Of a DNA stretch of 64,000 nucleotides, positions 11,109 through 24,677 are shown one piece after another. Position numbers and translations under genes: made by a program. How positions within the stretch are numbered: position 1 is the first letter of the stretch; every line of letters begins with the position of its first letter. Under the pieces are notes generated by a model. It was not told where the DNA came from. It ran no database searches and saw only the letters and a list, made by a program, of their open reading frames with translations. Source of the DNA: Yuukianura sp. NJ FZ-2021 (Eukaryota); contig CM102288.1 in the NCBI GenBank assembly GCA_046563655.1, forward strand, positions 6,014,001-6,078,000, written 5' to 3'.

Positions 11109-14100
11109 ATGACGCTGAACATGAATCCGCTCCAGAAACAAAGCAACGGGGTAAGTGAAATAAAGATTTTCTTTTGAAAACTAAAAAACACGGAACTTTC
11201 TTAGTGTTTTTAGTTTTCGAAAATTCCATGGGAAAGTTTCATTCAAAAAATTATGACTTTTTCCCAGGTTCCAGGAAATTCTGGTGAAGCAAATCCGGCA
11301 TTCCTGGACACGGAATTAAGCGGAAGCGAACCGCAGCAACCGCGACAAGGACGTCTCGCCTCAATTGTAAACCAACTTCCATTTCCCACATACATTGAAT
11401 AACAATTACATATTACATAACAATTACATCAAATTACATAACAATAACTTGTAACATAACAATGTTGGCTAGGTTGTGGAAGGAGAGATTGAGGAAGAAG
11501 AGCCGGTTGGAGAGCAGTGGAAGAATCCCATTGAATTTTTGCTATCATGCATAGCAATGAGCGTTGGCCTGGGCAACGTGTGGCGTTTTCCGTTCGTGGC
11601 GTATGAAAATGGCGGAGGTACGTTCATCATTCCGTACCTTTTTGTTCTGTTTTTCATTGGGAAGCCACTCTACTATCTCGAAATGGCACTCGGACAGTTC
11701 TCGTCTTATGGACAAGTCAAAGTCTGGAAATTGTCGCCACTCTTCAAAGGTCGGCCAAAGTCTAAAAAAATGGAAATTTCCAATTTGAGCGGTAAAAATA
11801 AATTTTGAAATTTAAATTTGAAATTTTGAACTTAGGAATTGGGTATGGGTCGATGGTGGGCACTTGGTGCGTGTTGAGTTACTACTGCAGCTTGATGGCT
11901 CTAACGATCTACTACTTCATTGCGTCCTTCAGTTCGCCGCTACCTTGGTCTGTCTGTGACCCCAAGTGGGAGGGAGTCCAATGCAACGGAACCTCAGCTA
12001 TCGGCGAAAACAAAACACTGCCAGAACTCTACTATGAGTGAGTGTCTATTGTCTAATCCTATGATTTAGCAGATAAGATCGTTAAACAAAAACGGAGGGA
12101 GTAACTAACTTGAATTTAAGCTGTATTAAAAGCGTGTCTGCAATAGTTACTCCCTCCAGTTGACAAAAAATCGGCTGGAGTCGGAAGTAGACATGCAGGC
12201 AGGCGGACAGACAGACAGACAATTCCGATGCATCAAGCAGCTCTCGCTAGTTTAATAAGCTCGGTTGGATACTTATTAGTTTTTTTTGGAGGGAGTAACT
12301 ATTTTTATTTAATATTCAGGAAAACCGTGTTTCCTCAACTGGGTTCCATTGACGATGGGATTGGAGCTCCGGAAATACTGCTGACGACGTGTCTCTTTGT
12401 GTCCTGGACGGTCATTTGTCTGTCACTGGTCAAAGGGGTCAAGTCTTCTGGAAAAGTAGCCTATTTCACTGCGCTCTTTCCTTACGTGGTCCTCCTAATC
12501 CTCTTAATTCGCGGATTGACACTGGAAGGAGCTTGGGCGGGAGTTCAATTCCTCTTTCATTTTGATCCTGCCGCACTTCTCTCTCCCAAAGTAACCATTT
12601 GTATTCATGTGAAATTTGGCGGCAATTTAAATTTGGCGGTGACACTATTTTTCGTTTTTTAGATTTGGTTTGCTGCAATTTCGCAATGTTTCTTCTCGCT
12701 CTCCATTGGATTTGGACCAATCATCATGTTCTCTTCTTACAACCCGTTTACACACAACGTACACAGGTACGTATTTATTCAAAATCTGGTTGAAGTAAGG
12801 CATCCATTTGTACCCATTCGTTTTATATTGCGTTTTTGGCTGCTTGTAGAGATGCTTGGATCATATCTATCATGGATACTATGACGAGTCTCCTCGCCTC
12901 TGTCACGATCTTCTCCATTTTGGGCAGTTTGGCACACGAAAGCGGACTGCCAATCAAAGATGTCGTCAAAAGTGGCCCTGGCCTGGCATTCATCAGTTAC
13001 CCGGGTAAGTTCTAACCACAAATATGATATAGACAACGTCAGACAAAACGAGTATAAAACGTTTGTGATTTTACAGATGCAATTGCGAAGTTCGACCAAC
13101 CCGTGATTCCTCAGCTGTTTTCAGTTCTCTTCTTCTTGATGTTATTCACACTCGGAGTTGGATCTGCAACTGCATTGACGAGCGGTGTCATCCGAATCAT
13201 CCACGACCAGTTTCCGACATTCAACAAACTTTACATTACGATTGTGGTGTGCTTCGCAGGATTCCTGTCTGGTTTGATCTACGTAACTCCGGGAGGTCAG
13301 TTCATGCTGACATTAGTGGATCACTACGGAGCTGCCTTTATCATCTACGTCATGGTCATTCTGGAGGTGGTTGCAGTCAGCTGGGTATATGGACTGAGTA
13401 ACGTGTGTCGTGACATTGAGTTTATGATCAAACGACGTGTGTCCTGGTACTGGCGTGTATGCTGGGGACTGATCATACCGATTGGTCTCTCTACAGTACT
13501 CATCTACACGCTCAGTCAGCTCAAACCACTCACACACAACGGAATCGACTTTCCAGATATCGCATTGAGTAAGTACTTCTACTTTTATATAGCAACCTAT
13601 TCTAAAAAATACCTTGGAGTTTTTCTGCTGAGCGATCAGCGAAAAAAAAACGACCGTTTTCCCAGAAATCTCAAACTGCCCCAGCGCCATTCGAAATTCT
13701 TTGAACAATACGAGAAGGTATATAACTTAAAAAAGTTAAAAATATTATGAATTTAAAGATGAATTATAAAAAAGGAGAAAACGTTCATAATTGACTTTTC
13801 TGCTTTTTTTAAAATGTCATTTCTTAAATTGTATTGAAACATTTTAAACTTTATTTATTGTATTGTTCAAAGATTCTCGAATGTAGTTGGGGCGAGTTGA
13901 GATTTCGGCAAAAACGTTCAGAGACATTTAAATCCTGGCGGGTATTGATTACATTGGGTGTAAATTTGTACACTTTGCTGTTGTATTGTTTGTAAAATGT
14001 TAAAGTAGATTCGTATTTTTTTTGTACAGTTGCAGGTTGGCTGCTGTTTGGCGGAATGATCAGTTTGATTCCGATCGCTGCAGCACACACAATCTACACA

Positions 14101-14389
14101 AGGAAAGCCAAAACACTCTGGGAAGTGAGTCATAATCTAATCCTAAATAGAATAATCATTAATTAATTAATTTATGTATTAAATCTGTAATTAATTCTTA
14201 GTACAAACTAAATTGATTTTTTGAATCTAGAAATTTGAGGAGTCCGTTCGTCCTGCGCATGACTGGGGTCCAAAAAGTGCTAAACTGCGGGAAGAATGGA
14301 GATCAGTTCCCCCAACTGAGAAGACAAAAGTCCAATTACAAAGGATATTCAATCGCATACGGACAGTCTGTCAGTCATGGACGTCTTAA
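11109..14389 (+). CDS. SLC6 sodium-dependent nutrient amino acid transporter (NAAT-like), multi-exon
   Basis: [74 protein letters not shown]-terminal DWGPK; stop at 14387-14389. Confidence 0.95.
12094..12303. mobile_element. Short non-autonomous element with GGAGGGAGTAACT inverted repeats and a GACA microsatellite
   Basis: GGAGGGAGTAACTA (12094), its reverse complement TAGTTACTCCCTCC (12144), GGACAGACAGACAGAC (~12205), and GGAGGGAGTAACTATT again (12288), all within a NAAT intron. Confidence 0.55.
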
Positions 14390-15298
14390 CATCACTTTAG
14401 TAGTCACATGACCTCGGGTCATGTCAGTGATATGACACTGAAAACGTGTCCAGACTTTGGGTGTGACATGATATCACCCCTACCCTGTTTTGTACCACAA
14501 ATTATTTATTACAAACAATTAGTTGTAATTTTATAGAATTAAACTTAATTCGTTGCTTTGCGGTGAGAATTTGATGTTAACGTGGTAAAATCACCAGGAA
14601 AGTCGTGTAAAATTTCAAATCAAGAGTTTAATAAAAATTTGAAAAATGGTGACGCCACTGCGTAAAAAGTTGAAGTAAACCATAGCATCACTTTCAAATC
14701 CAAAAATGCAAAACTTGAATCCGAGTCACTGTTCATCTGTTGTTACAAAGTTGGCTATTGCGTCAGAAGTTTTAGGCTATGACCCATAACTCATTGGATA
14801 CTTCCCAAATACTTGACAAGTATCCAAGTACTACTTGAAGAAGACTCAAAAGAGGAACTTGAGAGGGAAATGACCTCGGACACAAGTCCAACTCAGTTGT
14901 CAGTTGAATTTGGATGTTACAAAGTACAAAGTATACCAAGAGACAGGGGGATGTCAACATGTTAATACAAAAGCAAATGGGATATGAAACTGCCTCAATC
15001 TCCTAACTAATCAACTGTGAGAGTTTCCCAGCACTTCCTCTGGGCCACTGGCTCAATCTTCCCCCTTCTACACGATTTCTCTCGTTAACATTTTCTAACT
15101 TTCACGATTTGTTCACACACCTCCCCTGTCTTCCCTACCAGCAACACTCTACTCTCTAAAACACTAGAAAACACCAAAACACTCACTATAACACTAAAAC
15201 ACTCAAGAAAACACCCACTGAAACACTCAAGTGAAAGTGAGCGCTGGTCTCCATGACAGTTGGTAGACTATTGGTTTGTTGTTCCTAAACGTCCGAAC

Positions 15299-18200
15299 AT
15301 GGGATCCAACAGGGCGTTTCTGTTGTTGTTGACGTTTCTGTTTCTGTTGGACAATGCGCATGCGCAGAGTGACCACACTGTGACGACATGGACTCCGCGT
15401 GACCTCCGGATGGTCCTGCCGACATGCTGTAACTACCAACGACAGTTTTCGGACAAACACACCAACTGCTCCGCCAAACCACCGAACAACCCGTTGACAT
15501 TTGACGACAAAATCAATGTCCCACCACACCTCATCTCAGAAGTGTACAGAAACAGAACACATCTTCAAAATGTCAAATTCAGGTAAATTTAGTTTCAAAT
15601 TTTCAAAAATTTGGAGAAAAAAAAGCAAAATTTTGAACTTGGTTGAATGAAATCTTTCGAATTTTGGGGCAACGTGAGAAATAATGGCGTAATTTTGGAA
15701 ATTATGGTGGAAATCTTTGAAATTTCGGTGTAGTGGTAATAAAATTTGGGTATTTTTTGAACTTTAGTTTGAAGAAGCAACTTCCTGTTTGTCCAGACGG
15801 AGTTTTTGTGGTTGCCTTGGACACGAATCCAAAAAGTGACAAGACAGTAGCACCTTATGGAATTTTTCTGTCACCAAACAGTCATCTCCAAGTAGGACCC
15901 GACATCTACTCTCCCAAGGAATACTGCATTGACGCGTGAGTAAAAAAATTAAAAGTTCATGAAACTGGAGGGAGTAACTCTTCCTCTTTCAAAAAAAAGG
16001 TTAAGTTGCAATTGCTTTCAGAATCTAAGAATGTTCGGTAGCAGCAAATAGTTACTCCCACCATTTCCTAGAACTTTGTATTTTTTGGGAAAAAAATCTA
16101 CTACCAAATTTTTGTTTTCAACCCCCTTTTCTATCCAAGTCACTGTTTATCGTTGTGATAAATTAAATTTTATCTCGAAATTGATTGGTTTTTAGTCTTT
16201 TTTTATCTTTCGGTCTATCTTCATCCGGTCTTCACCATATCGAAGTCACTTGTACTAGTTCCGTAAACACGTTTTAAAAATTTCTATTTTTGAAGTAAAA
16301 TTTTGAAAAAATGTTGATTTTGCGTGAAGGCTTGAGGGAACTCGGATAACTTTTGCAATTTGCAAACCGACCTGTGACGCCAGACGACCTTGCATTCCGA
16401 AGTGCTGTGACCATGGCCAGGCCTGGGACTTTTCTGATCCGCAGAGTCCGCAGTGTGGCGACATTCCGGTGGACCGCACCTGGGAACCACCCTTCTATGC
16501 TGACAGGTACATAGGGTTATTGGTTTTTATTGAAAAAATACACCTTGTTTAAATCATGGTTTTAATCAATTGGTTTAAATCACCTTGCAGGTACACGAAG
16601 GTGTCACGAGAAGTGCAAGCTCAAATGACTCCGCACTATGTACTCCACCACCCTGCTTCTGGATTCTGCAACTACGGACATCCCATTTTCATTCCAGTCA
16701 ACGCACTGCAAGACGGATCTACTGGACTTCTGTAACTAACATTATAAAACATATCATATTATATATTTATATTACATAAATCAAGTTAGTTTAATTATAT
16801 AATTCCAGGGTGAGGGTGCTGGAGGACGGATCCATCATCACCCGAGCACGCAGGCGTCACTGGATTATATTGCCCCTGGGAGACTACTGCCTCGACACCA
16901 TTCGAAATCCGTTCCAGGGTAATTCGGTGCCAATTCCGCAGGAACTCGAAACACTCATCCTCTACTGTCACAAAGAACCACAAGTATCTGAGGTAAAACC
17001 TAATTATTCTGTCAAGTTTTATCTAAAACACTCAGTGTTTCAATTCAACACTTTAACACTTTCTTGAGTTTTAACACGGTGTTTTTTGAGTTGTAACTTT
17101 CAAATTGTTTTTTAAGTTTTAACACTCAAAGTGTTTTTCAGTTTTAATACTTGGTGTTTTTTAACACTTGGCGTTTTTCAATTTAGACGCTAGGTGTTTT
17201 TCAGTTTTAACAGTTGGTGTTTTTGAGTTTTCACACGGTGTTTTTTTTTAGTTTTAACATTGGGGTTTGTTTGAGTTTTAACGGTACTACGTGTTTTTTT
17301 GAGTTTTAACACTCATATTGTTTTAACAGGGAATCACTTCCAGACTGTACGGAGTGTCGATGATACTGTCGTCCATTTTCTTAATTCTGACGCTGGTTGT
17401 GTTTGCCTTGTTGTGGGAGAATCACAAAGGAAACATTCAGCGATGGACAGTATTTTGCTACGTCGCAGCACTGCTACTCATGTACACCTTCTTCGTTTTG
17501 TCTTATTTTTCGCCTGACTTTGACTCTGAAATGGCAACGAACATGTCAATGTGTCGCTTCATTGCTGTCGGAATGCACTTTACGTTTCTCATGAACTTCT
17601 GCTTCCTCTCCTGCATCAACTTCGAAATTTGGTTCACAGTGAGGTAATCAATTTTTGGAATTCTGTTTCAATTTTTGAAGTTTGCGTTCTTACAAGTTTC
17701 AATTTTTGAATTTTTCATATTTTTTTTCACAGGACTTTTACGAAACAGTCTTCGTTTTTTCGCGGTTTTCGACGTCTGTATTCCTATATCGGATTTTCTG
17801 TCGGACTTCCTTTGAGCATCGTTTCAATTGCGCTGCTTCTAGACGTAATTTACGGGTAATGTAACAGAATGATGTAATTTATGTAATCCTGTAATGTAGC
17901 CGGATGATGTAACGATATTATGTAATGTAAACGTTTTGACTTGCGCAGATCCGACTTGGATTCGGAGGTGATAATTCCGGATTACGGGAGATTTGGTTGC
18001 AGTATCGGAAGCCGCGAAGCTTTCTGGGTGTATATGTACGGTCCAGTTGGAGTTCTGCTTATCGCAAACATCGCATTCTTCGTCACCACTGTAGTAACTA
18101 TGTGCACCATTCTCAATGCGGCAAAATCAAATTCAAACGTTACCATTCACAAGAAAGAATCGTAAGACAATCGTTTTTTTAGTACTTCACACATTCCTTC

Positions 18201-18894
18201 AACAAAACGTTTTACCTTTAGCGACTTACGTTTTTTAGTCTGACAGTTCCCACGAAAAAACGTTTTCCTTTTTAGCGACTTACGTTTTCTAGTCTGATCG
18301 TTCGATCAAAAACGATTTGGTGTTTACCGACTTACGTTTTTTTCTCTGCACATACGTTGAAGAAACGTTTTTGATTTTTAGTGAAATTTTGTTTCGGTTT
18401 GGGAAGTTGTACATCATACAAGGGGTTCCATGGATATTTGAACTCATTTCCTTTGCAGCACACGAGGAAGAAAAGTGGTACTGGGTGAGTTAAATCTTAA
18501 ACTAATTACACTAATTAATTAACTAAAGTAATTAAAAGTCATTAACTAATTATTTGTCACTTTGACACCTAGATTCTGCTGGACTTGATCAACATCTTCC
18601 AGTCTGTGGCAATATTCATCATTTTTGTGTGCAACCGGGAAACCATCTTCGAGTTGTGCGAAAAGTATTCCTTCTGTGAAAGTAAGTTTTTGAAAAACAG
18701 TTGAAAAAGTCAAATGTTTTTGTCAAAATTTTAAAACTTTTGAAATATTTCAAATTTTAGAACTATTGTTACCACTGACTGGCTTGGATTCTGGCGGGAG
18801 AAAAGCTCTTGGGCGGGAAGAAGACTCGAAGAATTCGACGGTCGTTGACCTTGGACAAACCCATACAAACAAAGAAAATCTAGAACTGAATTGA
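15299..18894 (+). CDS. Methuselah-like (Mth) class B3 GPCR, multi-exon
   Basis: Signal peptide MGSNRAFLLLLTFLFLLDNAHA; Cys-rich ectodomain (LPTCC..YCIDA, IPKCC..YCLDT); TM segments SMILSSIFLILTLVVFALL, HFTFLMNFCFLSCINFEIW, YMYGPVGVLLIANIAFF, KLYIIQGVPWIFELISF, DLINIFQSVAIFIIFVC. Confidence 0.88.
17045..17320 (+). repeat. Degenerate intronic minisatellite (GTGTTTTTT.AGTTTTAACAC-like units)
   Basis: About 10 imperfect AGTTTTAACAC..GTGTTTTT units within an Mth intron. Confidence 0.8.
18200..18375 (+). repeat. Degenerate intronic tandem repeat (AAAACGTTTT...GCGACTTACGTTTT..AGTCTGA)
   Basis: About three imperfect ~50-bp units containing CGACTTACGTTTT. Confidence 0.7.
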
Positions 18895-19594
18895 CAGTTT
18901 TCGAAGTACTGGGCGCTGAAATCGCTGATTTAGTTAACCTTGAAGTGTTGGGCGCTGAAATCGCTGGTTTAATTAAAAGAAATTTCGACATTCCTTGACA
19001 CATCGAGATGAATATAAATATAAAAAGTTATTTTTCGAAATTCTAAACTTCGTTTGTCCTAGAAAAAGAAATAAAATTGTTGAGAGTTCATGTTTTTATT
19101 AGTCTGTTTATTATCCTAACTTAAGAGTGTTATTAATCGATTAATATTAATCAATGAATCGATTAATCTTTAAGCGCTGGCCATTCCAATACTGTTAGAA
19201 GATTGCATTCTTGTGATGTAGAGTACGCAGGAATCGAGTTAACATGAATGCTAAATTAAAATAAAGTTAAATAAACAATTAAAATTAAAGTTAAAGTTAA
19301 AAGTTAAGTTCCTTCCAATCTAAATTAGTCAAGTTAAGGCTACTAATTTGTGATGAAATCTTCAGTTTCTTCCACTAGGGCACTTCCGTGAGACTCGTGT
19401 TTCCCCTTATCATCAATCGATTTTTTTATCTCTTATCTTCTATCGATTGTTTTTATCTTTATCGATTGTTTTACTTTTTATGTTCTATCGATCCGTTTAT
19501 CTTCTATGTTCTATTGATTTGTCTTCCCTTTAACCTGCCGAGTTTTTACCTGTTATCTTCTATCGAATTGTTTTATCTCTTATCGCTGTATCTT

Positions 19595-21932
19595 TTAGGA
19601 TAACTCTGCTTGCCATGTATCTTCTGTATCTTCCAAAACAAAGTCCTTTGACTTGGCGCACATTTCGCAAATGTTGAGGGTGGAGGTATTGACGTAGGTG
19701 CAGTGCGGACATTGCCATTTGACCAGACTGCCTGCTAGTTCCGGTGAGGATACACTCGTTCTGTGACTACTGGATCCAGAAATTCCAAGATTCTGAGGAT
19801 TAGGTAATACTGGCGAACTTCTGTCCTCTGTCTGATGAATCCGCTCGTCCGATGAAGAGCTACCCAGCTGATTCTTGTCATTTTTATCCACAATTCCGGA
19901 TTTATCCTGGATATATATCCGGGATCTATCCTGATATCCGAGTTTATCCTGGTCAAAGTCAATAGGAACTTTGGATCTCGTCAATGCTGCGAACTTGGGC
20001 TGCTCTTTTTCGGGATCACTTTTTTCTTGTTTCACACTTTTCCCACCCAAAGAAACTTTGATTTTCCCCAGAATTCCGCCATTACTGGTACAGTTTGGCG
20101 GTAAATTTGAATTTGGTGCCAAATTTGAATTTGACACAGCTGATTTGGGCAAATCTTGGTGGTGCTTGAGACTCTTGAATCCAGAAGTGGAGGAAGTACT
20201 TGCTCGACTTGACCTGGAAGAAACCCCTCTCCGGCCGTCAACGACGTCATACAAAGCATCGCTTTGAATCGCTGAAAAATCGCTGCTGGCAGGAGCTACA
20301 CGAGTACTCTGCGTTCCCAGTTCCGACCGACGTCCACGCTGTTTCGGCTGCGAACTTGAACTTTGGGACGTTCGCTGCTGCCGGATCGAATCAACCTGGC
20401 TGACATGATGTTGATGCCGGTCAAGTAGGTCGCTGACTTCTGAGCTGTTACTGTCGGACTGCCGCGGTGTTTGACCTGACTGCCGCGGTGCTTGACCTTT
20501 AGATTCCAAGTAGGATTGAATAAAAACGTCTTCAAGTTCTTTCAAACTGTTGCAACTATTCGGTGACCGCGGTGAGGAGGAGGAGCGCGAAGTGCTGTTG
20601 CTGCTGACTCGATTGGATCCAGAAGTGGACGCTTCAGATTGCTGCAAATGAATTTGATTTGAGGTATTGATGCTGCCAATACTTGCCAGTTGCTTGCTGC
20701 TACTGCTGCTCTTTGACCCGTTGACCTTGACATTTGAATAAAGTTTAGGAAGTTGTTGACCGTCTGGAGTATCGATGAAGTGATCCAGAGCTGGAAAAGT
20801 GTGGTGATTGTGATTCATAGCTTGGGAGTAGTCATGGTAAGGCTGAGATTCTGATCGTCTGCTGCGGTGATGTGAACGTTCTTGTGACGTTCCTGGATTG
20901 GCCGGATTTTCCCGCGTTTCGGTTCCGCCGATTCGAATTCGGATTTGATGGATCAAATGCTTCACGATGGTGGTAGTATCGCCGATCAAAAGTTTCCGTG
21001 CAGCGTAGACTTCCTGAATAGTTAGCGGGTATTCCGGCATTTCGGTTCGTACACGGTCTAATATTTGACTTAAAATCTGTCACAAAAGGGAACATAAAAT
21101 AGAAATTTTGAAATATTGAAATTAAAAAAAAATGAAATTTTGAAAAATCGAAGTTTAGTTTTTACCAGGCACTCTTGACTAGCGATGTAGCAATCACGTG
21201 ACACAGCAACTAAACAGGTTGGATCTGGCTTAAATGCAAGTTCCATTGTGTAGTCATCTGTTGCCACATAGCCCAGCAGTATCAGAATCTCCTGTGGGTT
21301 GCTCAACTTTGCCCGAATGCTGTGCATGAAGAACCCAGAAGTAGTCTATACAAAAACTTGTTTTTAGTAATTGATCATCTGAGTAATAGATTGACGAAAC
21401 GGTGACTAATTGATGGTGAAAACTAACCTTAAGTCGATGGAATTCTTTACGCCAGGGCTGCTGGAGTAGATTGTTGGCATATTTAGCCAGATCCTCAAAG
21501 GCCACACTGGTCTCTCTCGGGTCAACTCCTGGAACCAATCCAATACTCTGAGAAAGTACTGCCTCCGTAGCTGCCACCTTGAACTTGTGAGGATGAGATA
21601 CTTGCGAAAGAAACTCAGCTGCATATGCTGAAATACAAACAAATATTAAAATAACCTGAAGATAAGTGGGGTAAAGATAAAGACAGAGATAAAGCATATC
21701 GGTGTGAAATTTATCTTGTATGTAGTGGCCCACCTTTCAACAGTCTCAAAGATTCCAGCTTGCGATTTCCTTCGAGTGACAGGAACTCCAAATGATATCG
21801 CTCCATGCATCCGTAGAGGTCCTTTATCTGTTCTGGTCCAGAGGAACCCCTTAAGGCCGCATGGTTCATGTCACTCCCCGCTCGGCCTCTGTCCAGCTTC
21901 TCGCTGATCCTTCCACGAACGACGTTGGTCAT
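19595..21932 (-). CDS. tamo: Tamozhennic / SPATA2-like protein (PUB-like domain plus C-terminal RanBP2-type zinc finger)
   Basis: AFEDLAKYANNLLQQPWRKEFHRLK|TTSGFF resembles the SPATA2/Tamo PUB domain; long Ser-rich region; WQCPHCTYVNTSTLNICEMC RanBP2 ZnF. Start codon uncertain. Confidence 0.82.
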
Positions 21933-22947
21933 CTCCTTCTGTATCAAATCAGCTGCTTATAAATCATGTTTTTAATCTTATGGAATTTAGTAAAAGGACT
22001 ATTTTTATGTAGTTACCTGCTGCTTGATTTGTGTGTTGCTGCTAAATAAAGACGGAAGTTGACATTGGTCCAAGAAGTGTCCTCAGTGGTCCATTTGAGC
22101 AGCTAAATTAAAACCGACGGTGACGACACACAGATGAATGAACTCCCACTGTCCCACTGACAAATGACTTTTTTCTCTCACTTGTTCTAAAAATAGTCTA
22201 GCTACCTTCTTTCGCTCTAAGTAATTAATTGATGACGATTAATTGACCAAACTTTGACAGCATAACCAATCATGTGTGTCTGTAAACAACACGTAATAAA
22301 CTTAAATGACTAATAATCAGCTGCATTAGCAGATATGGGCACTGTTAAGTGTCTAAATTAATAAATAATACTGGTTGAAGTAAGGAAAACCATAATGTAT
22401 TTGTAACATTGGACGACGGCATCTAACTTGTTTCCACTAACAATAAGTGGTTATTGCAATAGGCGGTATGTCATAATGCAATTGGCACGATTGGTTACGG
22501 TTATGTAACGTTTTATATCTACGTAATTGTAGACACCATGGTCAGAAAAATACTAAGTTTCAGTGGTTAGACTTTGCAGTTACAATTGGTGTAATTCTCA
22601 TTACGTCAACCATACCACTAGTGCTAAAAAGTGGATTTTGCGAGTGCGACTAATTCTCTGATTTCTACTAAATTTAGCGATCACGTCCAGAGGTAATACT
22701 TACTAATCCTCAGAATCAGTGGAAATTGCAGGAAATTCGCAGCTAGAAGGAGGAATTCTGCAAATTCCGCGGGATGTCTTTTGGTCAACCCCAATTTGAC
22801 ATTAGAACGTCATTTTCATTTCATTTGTTTGTTTACTAATTTGCAGTTCTTTGATTTAGTAAGGCAAGTTATAATTCGTTTGTCCGATTACCAATTGCTT
22901 ATCTAAAATATCCAGCAATTTCGGTTCCAGTTCATTCTTCCATGTAA

Positions 22948-24291
22948 ATGACGATTGTTTGTATGGACGAGAACGCGGCCGAAAAGTCGAGTGGAGACAA
23001 AGCAGTCGATTCTTGTGATTCAGGTATTATTTTTCTAATTTTTATGATTTTCACACGAATGACGATTTGACAACTAAACCCGTGTCGTTTTTAATCGTTT
23101 CGTATAGTTGCATCTGAATTTTACAAGTCCCTCCAAGAGGCTGGAATTGACAACCTCTTGCAGTTCCTGTCCACGAAATCCGATATCGAACTTCGTCTTA
23201 GTATCAACCAACAACGAGGCGACCCTGAGCTTGATGTCAACCAAAAACTGACTCTACTCAGAACCAAACTGGAAAGGTCTCCAGGATCCTTCCTGTTCCA
23301 ATACGGAAAGTACTTGAACGCGTCACACTTGGAGTGTTTCAAAAGCATAGCCCCACAACACGACGACGTCCAGTACTATCTCACTCAAATCCAAACATCA
23401 ACTCCAGGTATTAGCTACCAGCAGTACACTTACTTTCCTAAGCATTTTAACGGAAGTTGCTTTATATCTTGATTTTCCCTCTCAGGATCAAGGTCAATGG
23501 AAGTTAAAAATCGGCGTTACGAAGCATTGAAGAAATTGGTAGAAACGACTGACTATTTCAGTGAAGAAGAGATGCAACGCAGAAATCCCATTCTTTTTAA
23601 CCAGTTAATCGGTCGGTATCATTCCAATGAAGAGCGTGAAGCGTTTCTCTACCAATCCAGTCAATCGACGTCATCCAAACGTTCCGGTGACTCTTGTCCT
23701 GCAACTCCTCTAACGGATATGCTAATTGCTCACATGAATAGAGGAGAAGGTGTTTGTAGTAATCGCAGAATCGATCAAGAAATGCAGTTGCAGGAGGAAA
23801 AGCAAGCGGACCAGCAGTACTCAAAAACGATTTCTGCACGTTGGGATATAAGCGGTGAAGCTTCAGGAAAAATTGAAGAAGAGGAGGAAGAAGAAGACGA
23901 GGAAATGGAAGATGATGAAGAGGAAGTTCCAGAAATCGACGAGGCAGAAAAAGATTTACTGAAGGAAGAATTCTTTACTACGATGTACCGACATTTTCTG
24001 GAGGGAAAAGATGAGGACTTCCCATACGACACTGTAGATGACAACACGGAGTACGACGTTGGTGAAACGTTAGATCAGGACCAAGAGGACAAGTACTTCG
24101 ATGATGACCAAGATGAAGAAGCAGATTTAGAAATTAATCAACTTCAATCAATTAATGGAAAATGTTTAGAACATTCATCGCATGTGGAGCTGCAGAACGG
24201 CGTGGAATCGGAAGAAGATGAACTGGACATTTACATGAAGGAAATCGAGGCTCAAGTTAAACAACAAAAGGATTTCGGATTTGGCTCGTGA
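22948..24291 (+). CDS. CCDC97: Coiled-coil domain-containing protein 97 (DUF2052)
   Basis: SPGSFLFQYGKYL, VKNRRYEAL, YFSEEEMQRRNPILFNQLIGRY, EEFFTTMYRHFLEGKDEDFPYDTVDDN, DQEDKYFD; 3 exons. Confidence 0.9.
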
Positions 24292-24677
24292 CCTGACCTT
24301 TGACCTTGAGAAACTGGAGATACAGTGATGCTATGCTATAGGTTAGACTTTTTATGTACTTCTTATTCAAGCACCATGCAATGACGTAGCTTAAGCACAC
24401 AAAACTAATTAATCATAATTTCTAAATTGATTATGATTAATAATCTAATTTAGTGAAATTACTTTTATTTCCAGACAATTTATTCTCACGTTGCCCCACA
24501 AATCCGCAGTGTCTGAGGAATAGACGGTCACTTTTGGAAAGTTTTGGTTTCTGTATTTCATCTTGTGTTTTTGTTCTGTCGTGACCTCTAATCTAGTGTT
24601 GCGTAGTGTCGTGACCTTTGCTCTTCAGATATCACGTTCGTCATGTTGGATTAATGTGATGTGAATATCGTCCAGAC

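Noticed and set aside
19388..19603. Hydrophobic 71-aa ORF
   Set aside because: Translation of a low-complexity TTTTATC/TATCGA repeat downstream of tamo.
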